Part shown: piece by piece, positions 12,163 through 25,045 of the stretch | Position numbering within the stretch: the first letter of the stretch is position 1 | How the letters are laid out: each line of letters starts with the position of its first letter | Source of the DNA: Octopus sinensis | Taxonomy: Eukaryota | Assembly: GCF_006345805.1 (NCBI RefSeq) | Contig: NC_043008.1 | Location: forward strand, 26,412,001 to 26,476,000 | Length of the DNA stretch: 64,000 nucleotides | Reading direction: 5' to 3' | Translations under genes and position numbers: made by a program | The notes under the pieces: generated by a model | Told to the model about the DNA's origin: nothing | Databases searched by the model: none | The model's input: only the letters and a program-made list of their open reading frames with translations

Positions 12163-13221
12163 AGATAAGAAAATGGAGAAATACATCTAAATCAAATATC
12201 AATTACCAGATAATACTCAATCACATACTTTATTAAACCATCACATAAGAGACTGTAAGGTTAGATATAAAAAGCAGAACAAATCAGTGTACATAAAGGA
12301 ATGTACATAAAAAAGTGTACATAAAAGAGTAATGTTGTATAATAAGTAGAATATATATAAAAGAGAATATAAATATAAGTAAATATAAATATAAGTATAG
12401 ATTACATCTTACAGCTGTTTCGGCCATGTAGATAAGTATGTCTCATTTTATCAATATTAGCCCTTTATGGTAGGTCAATATATAGATATAAATGACATTT
12501 ACAAAAATATCATAAGGCCTCTTTGGAGATTATGTAATATAAATCAGTCTACATATATACCCACATGGGTGTGGGTGCATACCCATAATATAACATATAC
12601 ATATACATATGAGTGCATATACTCACACTCTTATACATATAAAAATATACATATACATAATGATATAAGTAAATAATATAAATTAGTAAACATATATATG
12701 TGTTCTACATCCAATGTCTCAGTTTTTCGACTCCATATTGTGATAATAAACATACACAAATTAGTACCTAGATGCAAATATACATAGTCAATAGTACATT
12801 ATATTGCTTCATACTAATTTCAAAAGTGTCATTAAAGTTAGCATCATTATCGTTGTCAATATCATTAATGTTATCATTATTATCATTCATAATATTATTA
12901 ACAACACTTACATTAGGATCCAGAGCGGTATATATTTATGTCCGGGTTCCAGTTAGTAATTTTCCTTATGACATAAATACACTATTGGATTTGAATTTAA
13001 AATTATATATGTCCGGGTTCCAGTTAGTAATACTTATTATACAACATTACTTTTTTATGTACACTTTTTTATGTACATTCCTTTATGTACACTGATTTGT
13101 TCTGCTTTTTATATCTAACCCTACAGTCTCTTATGTGGTGGTTTAATAAAGTATGTGATTGAGTATTATCTAGTAATTGATATTTGATTTAGATGTATTT
13201 CTCCATTTTCTTATCTTGTAT
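12158..13221. mobile_element. Fold-back element with ~190 bp inverted arms, abutting (TA)n
   Basis: 12158-12348 is the near-perfect reverse complement of 13031-13221; a 24 bp direct repeat TATGTCCGGGTTCCAGTTAGTAAT lies at 12937-12960 and 13008-13031. Confidence 0.9.
12401..12538 (-). ncRNA. Type I hammerhead relic with long stem II, in the fold-back spacer
   Basis: Minus strand: ATTAC(ATA)ATCT-CCAAAGA (CTGAAGA with 2 changes)-GGCC...~90 nt...GGCC-GAAA-CAGCTG-T-A-AGATGTAAT. Palindromic stem III ACAGCTGT, GUA triplet, 9 bp stem I with a 3 nt bulge. Confidence 0.65.
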
Positions 13222-13406
13222 TAGTAATTTGTGGTAAATCATTTTACCTTTGCCGATATAATACAGTAAATGAATTGATTACATCGCAATCATTAACATT
13301 TATGTATTAACTTTGTTGGGTACTTCACTAGCAGTATATTGTATATATATTATCCCATGGAGGGTTGCATTTACAACTCCTATCTCAATTTGTATATATA
13401 TATATA

Positions 13407-14249
13407 TATGAGGGGGTATTCAAAAGAAACTGGAAATTTGCAATATCATTTTATTTACTTAGTTTTACATGTTTACACTTTTATTGTCTTCAAAGTATTT
13501 TTATTTGAAGCAATGCGTTGATCAAGACGTGTTTTCCACAGTTGGAAGCAGTTCTGGAACTCTTGCGAAGTGATGCCTTTAATGCCACCATGACTTCTTC
13601 TTCATCTTTTCCACATATGCAAATTTCGTAGCACCACCTTTCATCCCCAGGAACGACCTTGAAAAGAGGTCCAAATCAACCTTCAACTGTTCTTTCAGTT
13701 CATGACATTCATTCAGTCATGACTGCTTTTGATCTTTCATGAGCAAGTGAGACACAAATTTTGCTGGAACTCTCTTTATTTACAATTCTTCACTCTAAAT
13801 TCATTTGCAGGAGCTCCAGGACACACCAATCCTGTTGACTTGATCGTCAAGTTTATGGTGAGAGTCTTCCAATATCAGTTCATGAATTTTAATGATGTTT
13901 GTATTTGTTCGGGTGGTCGATGGCTACCCTGAATGAGGTTGGTATTCAAGCAGCAACTAGCCATTCCTAAAGCGTGAAAACCATTCATTTTATTCATGGC
14001 AGTGTCCTTGTAAGCTGTTTGAAGCATGATAACTGTTTTGACTGTCGTTTTCCCCAGGAGAAAACAGAACTTCATGGAAGCATGCTGTTCCTTCATTTAA
14101 GCCATAACAAAAATTGATGAACAGGAGAGAAACACTTCAAAATAAAGACACACCATGTGACAGTACGACTCCACACGATGCCATCAGTCAATAGACTAAT
14201 GCCTGAGGGTTGCATGACGTTTTTGGTTACTCTTGGGTACCTTCTTGTA
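13407..14249 (-). mobile_element. Mariner-family DNA transposon, internally deleted
   Basis: TA-flanked TIRs (TGAGGGGGTATTCAAAAG / CTTGGGTACCTTCTTG); transposase N-terminus EQHASMKFCFLLGKT; GDERWCY joined directly to the C-terminus. Confidence 0.85.
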
Positions 14250-14569
14250 CAGATTAATAGAACATCAGTTTTTCAGGACATCTGGTTCTAGGGCCTTTCC
14301 AGATATCTGATTTTTTCAAATCAATAGTAACTGCCTTGGTTAACACACTCTGAATTAGACTAGTATTAAATAAAGGTACTTGTATATTAATATAAATACT
14401 ACAAGTTTATTAATGTTGCATTGTACAAAGTACCAGTTAACTAACCAGGTAGATGTAGGAATTTGAAGTTTCTGTTCATAAGTTAATGTAGATTGTAAGA
14501 GATTCAGAACCATCAGTGTCTGGAAAGTAGGTGCTGAACCTTGCATATTCAATATTTATTTGTTTCAAG

Positions 14570-14735
14570 GGTGATGACTTGGCAGAATCACTTAAGTGGC
14601 AGACTAAATGCTTTGTAGTATCTAATTATGATCCTTTACATTCTTAGTTCAAATTCTACTGAAATCAGCTTTGTTTTTTATCTTTCCAGAGTCAATAAAA
14701 TAAATACTAATCAAGTACTGAAGTAGCACTTCCAC
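14570..14735 (+). mobile_element. SINE family B (tRNA head plus Nin-like central domain), degenerate
   Basis: AGTTCAAATTCTACTGAAATCAGCTTTG...GAGTCAATAAAATAAATAC, matching the copies at 34240, 40985 and 46130. Confidence 0.55.
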
Positions 14736-14809
14736 CACAAAACACCCAAATCAGTATAAAGTTACCAATCTTCACAAAACACCCAAATCAGTATAAAGTT
14801 ACCAATCTT
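14736..14809. repeat. Perfect 37 bp tandem duplication
   Basis: CACAAAACACCCAAATCAGTATAAAGTTACCAATCTT occurs twice. Confidence 0.95.
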
Positions 14810-16889
14810 CAAGAAATGATTTTCTAAATAAAATATCTCTAAATTGTATATTGACAACTCCACAGCAGCTTCTCAGTATGAAATGTTTGATACCATTTTA
14901 TTTTGTTCAGTCATTCCAAGCAATTATTAAATTTGTGCACCAATGAAATGACCAAAGTGACTGTAGCAAATTACAATGTGTCTCTCGGTACACAATTTCT
15001 TGTCAAATTCAGAGACAAGGAGGGTTAGTTGGGATGTGGAGTAAATTGAAAATGACCTTTTTAGCAGAAACAAAGAACTTAGTGAAGAACTTTGGACAGC
15101 CTTTTATATTACTTTTCTATTGTATTGGCATCAAGTAGGGCAGAAATTTTTCAAATATATAAAAAGGTTTTACATACTTTTGCATCTAAAAGTAAAATTT
15201 TCACTTATTATAAATATTCAGCATATTGTCAAGAATAAATTAGGCAACAAATAATTTGTTTCTTCTACATAGTGTATGTCATTTTAGGAATATCTCTTAG
15301 CTTCTGCTAAATGTTTTGCTTAGCTTGTGCACATGTATTTCTACAAAATAAATGATGATATCAGTTTTCCAACATACACCATATTTAGAAAAAATTGATT
15401 TTGTAAAATGTGTTCCTGCTAGTACCACCTTCTCTGATATAAGATTAATGTTAATTTTCTTTAAACAAAACATAATTATTTTTTCTGTTAAAAAGTAATT
15501 GAAGATTAGCCTAAAATTAATTATATGCATTTTTAATATGATAAATTATTAGAAAGAAAATTTAGAATTTGCTTCTTTATTTGAAGAAATATGTATGTCA
15601 TTTAACATGGCTCTGACTGTATTGCTTTCAAGAAGGAAGCTTTGGCACCACTAGTAGTAGCCAAATGAGGGTAATTTAAAATAGGTAAAGTATTTTCTAC
15701 AGATTGTTAATGTTCTTTTTGTTTGTTTTTATACTACTGATGTAAAATTGGTGATAAAATATTATTAATAAACTAGTGTAAATTTTTGTGCCAAGGTTTT
15801 TAGTATTATGCTCCATCAATCTTCCTCAACAAAAAAATTAATATTTTTAGGTATTCTTTAAAAACTGATATTTTATCATATATTTTGAAACCGAGACAAA
15901 TAATGTATTTTTGTCTTAGTATACACCATAACAATCAACCATTATGAGTAAATATAAAAAGTTAAGTACACCAAAGTATTTCATTGTGTTTGATACATGC
16001 ATAGCCTTGGTGTAGAGTGCATCTAATAATATATATCAACTTTGCAGCAAAACAAAGTAATTAACTTAACCATTGCTATATCTGAATAGCTGTTGTCAAT
16101 ATCTGCCTACCATCATATATTTAGTATGAAGGTAATTAATAAATATAACCAAATCAATCCTTTACTTCAAATGTAAGCATTCAATATACTTGTTAGAAAT
16201 ATTTGCCATTAGTAAAAACAATTTTTCCAAGGAAAACAGTAGCATTTTGCAATACCTGAAGTCTTATTATTGACCATTTGGTATTTTTTAAAACCTGTTC
16301 TGTCATTTATAATTAATGCTGAATATATTGCTTTGTGTATGCAATAATTTAAAGAATGAATGTTTGCAACTTATGTAAATTAACTCATTCTATGGCATGT
16401 TTAAGTGCTGTTTGACTTATTTATCCCTGACTCAAGCACGTTGGAGCCAATTTATGATCAAATGCATTCTAGCCATGACCATCATTCATTTCTATGGGGC
16501 ATGTAAGACTGCATTAGTTAATGTATCCTTTCCTTGTTTAAGATGGAAGTGTATGATTTGAGGAAAACTTCTCTGCTATTTCTAACAATTGAAATGACTA
16601 TGGCAAGGTTCCTTTATGTAGTTGTTGAATCTACTGGGTGCAGCATATTTATTTCCCCATTATTTAATCATTGTAATTTAATCTTTATTCAAAATGAAAT
16701 TGAAACATCCCTATTTGTAAAATTAGTTGCAAATGTTGCATAAACACTTCCTAACCTAACATTCTTTTGTTTTATTGTTTACTTTTTATTGAATACGGTG
16801 ACTAAAACAATATATGGCTGGTATAAAAAAATTATAAGCAAAAGCAAAATGTGTCCATTTTGAATTGTAAATATATGTAAAATATTGCA

Positions 16890-17075
16890 ACATAAAAGGC
16901 ACCCATGCACATAAAACACCCAGTACACTCTGTAAAGTGGTTGACATTGGAAGGGAATCCAGCCATAGAAACCAATCCAAAATAGATGACTAGTGCATCT
17001 CTCTGGGTTACAAGTTCCATTCAAACTATCTGGCCCATACCCACATGGAAAATGGGTGTTAATGATAATGATATT
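16890..17075 (+). mobile_element. RTE 3' UTR or RTE-mobilised short element
   Basis: AAAACACCCAGTACACTCTGTAAAGTGGTTG...CATGGAAAA...(TGA)n-like tail; same sequence as 18505-18640 (minus) and 44870-45050. Confidence 0.7.
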
Positions 17076-18504
17076 ACAATGAATCTATAAACTTTCATTA
17101 ACCAAAACCTAAACATTTTATGACAAAATGAATCAAGGGTAAATATATGCTGCACCCAGTATTTCATTAATTTGTTCAGTTGAAGTACTCTTATGTATCT
17201 TATGATCACCATCAGCCCTGTTTCAGGCAATTCTGTCACCACCAATCCACAATGTTGCATTTAAGAAACAGACATTTTGTTGGTTGGCCAATGCTTTTGT
17301 AATGTATTATCTGTTCATTTGAAATACTTTCCAGTTATTGCTTATTCAAATTCATTTTATGTGATTAGAACAAGACAACTCTTCAACTTCACACTCCGTT
17401 ATCATCTTATATATAATGATAGCCTGTCGGTGGAATCACCTTCTGATGTACCTAACATCTCACAGCCTAATCCTATTTGGTCGGACAGAATGTTATCATG
17501 ATCACGACTGCTTAACTAAATTCTTTCTCTATTTCTTTTCTTATTTTTCTATTTTCTGAGTAATGTTTACTGTGTTTCATTGTAATGTTTCTCAAAGACC
17601 AAAACCTTTGCCATTTCTTTGACAGTATTATTGAAGAGTTGTTACAAAACAAAACTAAGTATCTTATTTATTATAAATGAAGCTAATCTTGTTCATGTGT
17701 TAAATAAAAGTTACTTATCATTAGCTTAGGTAATGTAGTGTTTTAAATTGGTAGCTGTTGCTTAGATAGCATGGTATCTTAAACTGTGGGTTACACTTTA
17801 GATTTGCATCTTAAGTTGAGAATAAGTGCTGTGGATACTACATAAAGAAGTACATTGACATATACGTGTGTGTCTGAGTGCATGTAATATTTATATACAT
17901 ATATATGTATAAAGTGTCTGTGTGAGTGTGTATACACACATTTATATGTATGTGTGTATGAGAGGTGTGTGGGTGTATGTAAACACACACAAGTTCAAAT
18001 CGGACATACAAGTATATATTTTCTGTATGACTGTTGGACCAAATTCTTATCAGTGTTGTAGAAGAGACAATAAGAAAGCACAAGAGATATACAGAGAATT
18101 TTAAATTTTCATTTGTGTGTGTGTTCATTATTATTATTAGTTCAGTTGTAAATTAATATGTAATCAAATAAGTATTTTATCTTGGTTGAAAAGTTACATA
18201 ACAGTGGCTGACATGAAATGGGTCTTTCAACATAGGAAGCAGCTTTTCCTAGATAAAAAACAAGCCATAATAATATGCAGTAATTTTGTGAGTTGGATGT
18301 ACAGAAATATGAAATTTAAAACTGTACCATCTGCTATGTTAACTACTTCTCAATATTGTTGCCATCCTTTTCCTCATCATCATTGCCAAGTTCAAATTCT
18401 GCTGAGGTTAATTTTGCCTTTTGTCCCTCTGAGGGATAACATAGCTAACTACGTAGCTGTGTGTGCATGTGTGTGTGGGTTGGATGGTATGAGCAGAGCT
18501 GGCA

Positions 18505-19260
18505 AGCTGGAGTGAGGCGGCAGTAGACTCCAGTCTGATTTTGCACAGTTTCTACGGCTGGATGCCCTTCCTATTGCCAACCACTTTACAAACTGTGCTG
18601 GGTGCTTTTATTCTTGAGCGCTTTTACATGGCACCACCACGAGTGCTTTCCACCACCAGAAGGATTGGTCTTAACACTTCTGCCGTGCGGTATGGGTCTT
18701 CTTGAGTACAGCCAGATACCAGGTATCATGGTCCTTTGTTATCTCACCTGAAAGGTTTGGCTTCCTCAGGTTATTCTTCAGTACTACTTCCCATGTCTTC
18801 TTGGGCCTCCCACTTCCATGTGTTCCATCCACTTTGAGAAATTGGCACTTCTTTATGGGGCTGTTAGCATTCATCTACATCACATGACCAAACTAGTCAT
18901 GTCTTCTCTCTTGCATACAGCATCTAACTCATCCTATGCCTAATTTCTTCCTCAAAGCACTAGCACTCTCTTTAACATGTACAAATACATTACACATCCA
19001 GCAAAACATTCCTTTCTAACCTCTGCATATCCTTGGTATTCAGAGGCCATGTCGCACTACCATGCAGAATTGCTGTCTGTATACATGCATCATACAATCT
19101 TCCTTTCACTTGGAGAGAGAAAACTTTCATAGCCAACAGAGGTAACAGCTCTCTGAATTTCCTCCATCCTGTTCTTCTAGCTGTTACACTCACTGTGCAT
19201 ACTCCCCTACTACCAGTTTAGTATAGCACATACATTTGACCACTCTAAACAAATCATTTG
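18505..19260 (-). mobile_element. RTE LINE 3' fragment with 3' UTR
   Basis: RTGWRKFRELLPLL...KGRLYDACIQTAILHGS.TW; GRPKKTWEVVLKN; UTR at 18505-18640. Confidence 0.85.
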
Positions 19261-19324
19261 TGCCAGTTGTTCAGCAGGAAATTGCAGAACCATCTTGCTT
19301 GGTGTCTATGAGAGACTACCATAC

Positions 19325-19595
<271 letters not shown>

Positions 19596-19599
19596 TATC

Positions 19600-19689
19600 C
19601 GGTTCTTGACTTAAGATTAAAGGCTTCACATGACTCGTCCATGTTTTTTGTATCTTCTTCTGGTTGTTTTGCATTCTTGTCCCATTTTG

Positions 19690-19738
<49 letters not shown>

Positions 19739-20350
19739 GTGTATTATATATATTTTATTTATATTATAATTTGCTTGAATGCCATGCATCCATTTCCAAG
19801 TAAGTTTTTCCTTAATATCATTGATGCGACTCTATCCTTTACTGGTTCCTCCTCTCTGTCTCTCTCCCTTTCGCTTCTTTTTTCTCCCCCTCACCGTTTT
19901 CTATGTGTCTGTCTCTCTCTGTCCCTCCTCCTCCTTTACTCTCTCTCATTGCTCAGATGTGGCCATTGTCCATCCTTCCTTTCCTCATGTGATATTTCTT
20001 TTTCCCTCAATCTCTTGTGCAGTTCGGATGCATCTTTTCTCTTATCAGAAAATCTTCTTCAAGTGTTTGCCATTTTTATCTCCTTGTTTGTATTCGTTTG
20101 GTTTGGTTTGTTGTATGTCCTGTTTTTGTTGCCATCTTTGACTCTCTGCAAATCCCCAATTTTTTAAGTTTGGTTTGTGGGAACAACTACCTTCAAAGTC
20201 TTATCTTGTTGTTTAAATGCTCGAAATAAGGAGTAGAAGGACAGCCAACAACTGATGAAGGGTCGTTTTTTATGTTACTTATTTTGTTTTCCATTCGTTT
20301 CCTCTCGTTTTTTTTTTGTGTACCCAACATTATTTTTTTATTTCATGTTT
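19600..20350. repeat. Unclassified non-coding repeat with pyrimidine-rich tract, possibly PLE-associated
   Basis: Bounded by microsatellites; contains CT-rich low complexity and a CTGATGA near 20250. Class is inferred only. Confidence 0.35.
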
Positions 20351-21249
20351 GTTTATGTTTTTGTGACGTTCTGTACCAATATATGCATAGCTATATACAT
20401 ATATACATATGTATGAAATTATGTGTCTATATATGCATATATATTTATTATTTATATTATACTATATTATATTATATATACATATACATACACACAAACA
20501 CACACACACACACACACACACATATATGTATTTATGTATGTATAGTCCATAAGTTAGGAAATTGTCTAAACAGGACAGGAGGAAACACATGAGATGAACA
20601 GTTACTGAAAAGTTCACAGAACGTGTGATGAAAGATTTCCAGACATAGGACATAATATAAGAACAAAGACAAAATAAATCTGAAGGGAAGAGGGATTATA
20701 TAGTGCTTGTTTTTATTTGGTAAAAAAAAAAAATGAACCGCCCCCCCCCCCCAAAAAAAAGCAAAAAAACAAAGGCCATCCTGAAATATAACAATGTAAC
20801 ATACTGATAGATAGATATAGATATATCTATAGATTGAAAGGTCGAAGGGGAGAAGAGTGAGAAAGAAGTAAAAGACAGGGAGAGGGAGGATGTAAGTGAA
20901 ATAGGAAAGAGGAGTAGAGAGGAGAAAGAAAAAGCAAGAAGAAATACAAGGCAGTGAGAGGAAGGGATGGTCAGTAATCAATCGTTGGCTATGAAGAGTG
21001 AGAGGAAGAGAGAATAAATTAAATATAAGAATGGGGATGGAGGTAGCAGAGGAGGAGGACTGCTGAGATTAGGGAGAGAGGTACTAGGAGAATAGAGGGG
21101 AGCAGACTTTGAATCAATTAGGGATGGAAGCTCATTATAGAGAAAGACAGGAAGAAGCAAGGAAAAAATTTAAGGAATAAAGCTGGGGTAGGGGCAGAGG
21201 AAGATATGCTGAGATAGGAAGAAAGGTACAAGAAGAATAAAAAGAAAGA

Positions 21250-21790
21250 GAGAAAGGATGCAATTATAGATGCCAAGTTTAGTGTTGTAGAATAGGAGAT
21301 TTTGATCTAGGATTTATTAGAGATGGGGTTATATTTATCTTGTGGTGAGAAATTGAAGCTTAGGATTTTGGAAAATAGCTTGGGTAAAGATTTAACCAGA
21401 AATGAGAATGATGGTGTGAAGCAAAACATCTGCTCTCTGTTTATGGAGGGCTTAGGATGTGGAGATGTGATGGCTGTGGAGCTACTCGGAAAGGTTTGAG
21501 GTTATTTAACCTTCAAGGCAGGTGGAAAAACCAGATGAGTGCTGGGAATATGACATCTAAATGTTAACTACTTTGGTGTGATATTCAAATGAGATACAAA
21601 GATTATAGTTTTTAAAGGATGTATGGAAGGCTTTCTGGGTACACTTAACAGATGATCAAGACTTACCTGTGGCTGTAAGGAGTGTCATCCCTGTACAGAC
21701 TTCCAGATAGGCTGGGGAAGTATTGGTTAATCTGAGAAAGAAGTGACCAACCTGGTTGGTAACCTGAGCAGAGTTGGATGAGCCAATCGT
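21250..21790 (-). mobile_element. Naiad-like PLE RT and linker fragment
   Basis: Minus strand: SLLSQINQYFPSLSGSLYRDDT (RT motif C context), FKNYNLCISFEYHTKVVN.LDV, RSKISYSTTLNLASII; homologous to 30230-32050 and 63355-63970. Confidence 0.7.
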
Positions 21791-21814
21791 TATATATTGT
21801 ATGTACACATATAC

Positions 21815-21826
21815 ATAAGTATGTAC

Positions 21827-21857
<31 letters not shown>

Positions 21858-21965
21858 TGTATGTATGTATGTATGCATGCATGCATGCATGCATGCATCT
21901 GTGTATGTATGTATGTATGTATGTATGTATGTATGTATGTATGCATGCATGTGTGTATGTATGTA
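21815..21965. repeat. (ATGT)n/(ATGC)n tetranucleotide microsatellite
   Basis: Directly visible. Confidence 0.97.
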
Positions 21966-22189
21966 TTTCTTTTTTTAATTTAGAGTAAATTTTGATCAGG
22001 CATTGACTTGGTAGTAAGGTTTTGAAGGAAAGTATCCTGATTCAACCATCATCCTTTAATTCTTAAGAAGGTCTCTTTTGATTTTTATAGTCTTAGATAT
22101 TGTGATCATTTGTGGCATAGGAATTAAGGATTTGCATTCTCTCCCAAGATTCCAAGTTCATCCATATTATGCTCTAGATGGGTTAGTAT

Positions 22190-22900
22190 GTATCCTGTTG
22201 CTTCAATAATAATGAAGCTGAAAGTGTATCTTGGATACTGGATTTGCAAACTTCTTATCAATGGTTCATAGATGTCCTCTTTCTCCTGTATTTTTTTAAC
22301 CACATTTGTTGTCCAGGAGGCAGCTGATTTCCATTTGACCTATCGGTCTCAATATAGTCACCTTCATTTGTAAGTACTTGGTTTTTTGTTATCCTGTTCC
22401 TGATCGTTCTGACCCCTGTATCAAGCCTCATGGGAAGATAATATCTAGAAGACATTCTCTCACAGATGGCAATAATGCGGCTAATGTTTTCAATCTTGGT
22501 CTTTCTTGTACAGCCTACATTTGTTGTCTGTCAACGTTTTCTGCTTTTTATGCTGTAGGTACTTGGTGGAGATCTCTTGTTCTTGGGTGGCATGAATGTA
22601 GCCTTCAGAGTGAAATATCATAAATTTGTCAGTACTCCATGCCAAGCTATTGACATGATCGATTCTTCTACGATTTGTGTTTTATGCACCAAGTACCCAT
22701 GTACTATTTTCTTAATGAACTATTAATAGTTAATTTTTGTCTGTTGTTCTGATAAGTAAATTTTACCAATGCTCCTTGGGGAGAGATCTGTATCAGTACT
22801 TATTTCATCTCTCTCCTCAAGTTCATTAGCTAGCCTAATTATGCTGTTGGTTTCATGGTCACAAACTTGGGCAAAATAGTTACTGGTCTCTTTTCTCTGC
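22190..22900 (-). mobile_element. R4/Dong-like LINE C-terminal fragment, decayed
   Basis: Minus strand: SEGYIHATQEQEISTKYL...KCRL...ENISRIIAIC..MSSRYYLPMR, homologous to ETEGFLIAAQDQ...CRTC...HIISGC...YIHRHD in ORF 43881. Confidence 0.65.
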
Positions 22901-23163
22901 TGCAGATGTTATTTCCATGCATGTGTGTGTGGGTTTAGTGAATAGTACAAATGTCTTACTTTTAGATTTTAAATTTTAGATTTTTGTACATAGTGTGAAT
23001 TTCTGACTTGCAAATTTATTTTTATAGCTTTTTGTTCAAAAATTTGCTTCATATATCATAGAAACTTAAGAAATTCTACAGCTTTCCAACACACATATGA
23101 AAGAAAAGTATAAAGTTTCTAAAGTTTGTATGTCAGTGGGAGTAGAGTATCTGTTTTGGACAA

Positions 23164-24076
23164 ATTCCATCTTTAGTGAAATATTGAAATACAAGAAATA
23201 TTTCTTACCATCTAGCTGAATCATTATTTAACGTGTTTAGAATAATTTTACAAACAAGTAGATTACTTTACTTGACATATGGAACGTTACAAAAGTCACT
23301 TCAAATCAAAAAATTTGAACTCTGCTGGTATGTTGGACACAACATACCAGTAGAATGTGATGGACTTTATTATACAAGAAAAATTGGTTGAATATTTGCA
23401 TCAGAACAAATTAATTTCTAAACTTCCACATAGCACAGATGTGACTGTGTGATAAGAAGCTTGCTTCCTAACCACATAGTTTTGGGTCCAGTCCCACTAT
23501 GTAGCAATTTGGTCAAGTGTCTTCTACTATAACCTCAGGCTTGTGAAAGGATTTGGTAGATGGAAACTGAAAGAAGCCCATCACATGTGTGTGTGTGTGT
23601 GTGTGTGTGTATGTATATATATATATGTGTATATCTACGTGTGTGTCTTGGTGCCTGTGTTTGTCCCTCCATCACCATTTGACAACCGGTGTTAGTGTGT
23701 TTATGTCTCCGTAACTTAGTAGTTCAGCAAAGGGCCTGATAGAATAAATACTAAGCTTAAAAAATAAATCCTGGGGTGATTTGTTCAACTAAAAAAAAAC
23801 CTTTAAGGTGGTGCTCCAGCAAGGCCACAGTCATATGACTGAAACAGGTAAAAGAATAGAAGAATGGTTTTAGGAGCAAGAGGTTTACTGAATAATAATG
23901 TTGTGTCCAACATACCAGTAGAGTGATAATTCAAATTTTTTGACTTTTGTAACATTCCAGATGTCAAGTAAAGTAATTTACTTGTTTTTAAAATTATTCT
24001 AAACACGTTAAATAATGATTCAGCTAGATTGGTAAGAAATATTTCTTGTATTTCAATATTTCACTAAAGATGGAAT
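23164..24076. mobile_element. Fold-back/MITE with ~180 bp inverted arms; a SINE occupies its spacer
   Basis: 23164-23345 is the reverse complement (high identity) of 23898-24076. Confidence 0.88.
23432..23863 (+). mobile_element. SINE family A
   Basis: Full head, microsatellite, 3' domain and tail organisation as at 6297-6749. Confidence 0.88.
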
Positions 24077-24500
24077 GGCTGGTAGGATGGATGTGAGTAT
24101 AAATGGTGAGATGTTAGAGGTGAGTGTTTTTAAGTATCTGGGATCACATGTGATGGTGGATGGGGGGGGGGTTGACTGAGGAAGTGGGAAGATACTTGAA
24201 GTTGTGAAAGGTATGCTGGGAAATAAAAGGTTGAGTATGAAAGCAAAAAGAGGTGTGTATGAGGGCATGGTTATGCGGACAATGTTATATGGTGCAGAGA
24301 CGTGTGGGGGGGGGAAGAGGTGGAAAGGAGGCAACTAGATGTGTTTGAGATGAGATGTTTGGGGGCTATGGTTGGCGTGACATGGATGGAGAGGATGAGA
24401 AATGAGGAGGTGCGAAGGCGAGAAAAAATGAGAAAAGAACTAACAACCAAAATGGATAGACTAATGTTTGACCACATGGAAAGAATGGATGAAACCCTGT
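24077..24500 (+). mobile_element. RTE LINE C-terminal fragment (different subfamily)
   Basis: YEGMVMRTMLYGAETW...ERRQLDVFEMRCL..M.GVTWMERMRNEEVRRR...FDHMERMDE. Confidence 0.75.
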
Positions 24501-24779
24501 TAGATATGCTCAAACTATTTGTCATTACCAGTTATTCTTATTAGGTTATTCCATTTTGAGACTGCTGTATTTCTAAACAAAGAATATGTATGTATATCTG
24601 ATTTTAAATATTCAGTAAGTACTATTTTAAAATTACTTTTGTATAAGAGTTTACTCATTTGAAAATAAACATTAATGGAAACATCAAGAAAATTGAAATA
24701 AATTTATAAGCAACTATTGAGAAACTTTTCATTATTCTCAAGGTATTATATATATTTATATCACTCTACTCAATGGGAC

Positions 24780-24885
24780 TGAACCTTCCCAACATCATCA
24801 TTTGGAGGAGTTCAGTGCAAATCCATGGCACCTTAGTTAAGTGTCTTCTACTATAGCACTGGACCAACCAGAGCCTTGTGATTAT
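24780..24885 (+). mobile_element. SINE family A head fragment
   Basis: GGCACCTTAGTTAAGTGTCTTCTACTATAGC...GCCTTGTG followed by a microsatellite. Confidence 0.65.
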
Positions 24886-24936
24886 CTTTGTGCACACACA
24901 CAGATTTGTATACATATATATATATTCATATATACA

Positions 24937-24981
<45 letters not shown>

Positions 24982-25007
24982 ATGTATATATGTATGTATG
25001 TGTGTAC

Positions 25008-25045
<38 letters not shown>

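Noticed and set aside
17277-17501. ORF or possible terminal exon
   Set aside because: No recognisable protein and weak splice evidence.
19610-19665. CTTAAGA...CTCGTC as an HHR relic
   Set aside because: GAAA absent and stem pairing unconvincing.
20185-20270. Possible hammerhead around CTCGAAA (~20220) and CTGATGA (~20250)
   Set aside because: No consistent set of stems I-III in either type I or type II topology.
20980-21640. Initially read as an L2/CR1 3' end
   Set aside because: Better explained by Naiad-like linker motifs (KISYS...SII) plus a purine-rich low-complexity tract.
21660-21730. Apparent 65 nt exon on the minus strand with perfect CAG|GTAAGT donor
   Set aside because: The translation (INQYFPSLSGSLYRDDT) is PLE RT motif C; it is transposon sequence, although exonisation cannot be excluded.
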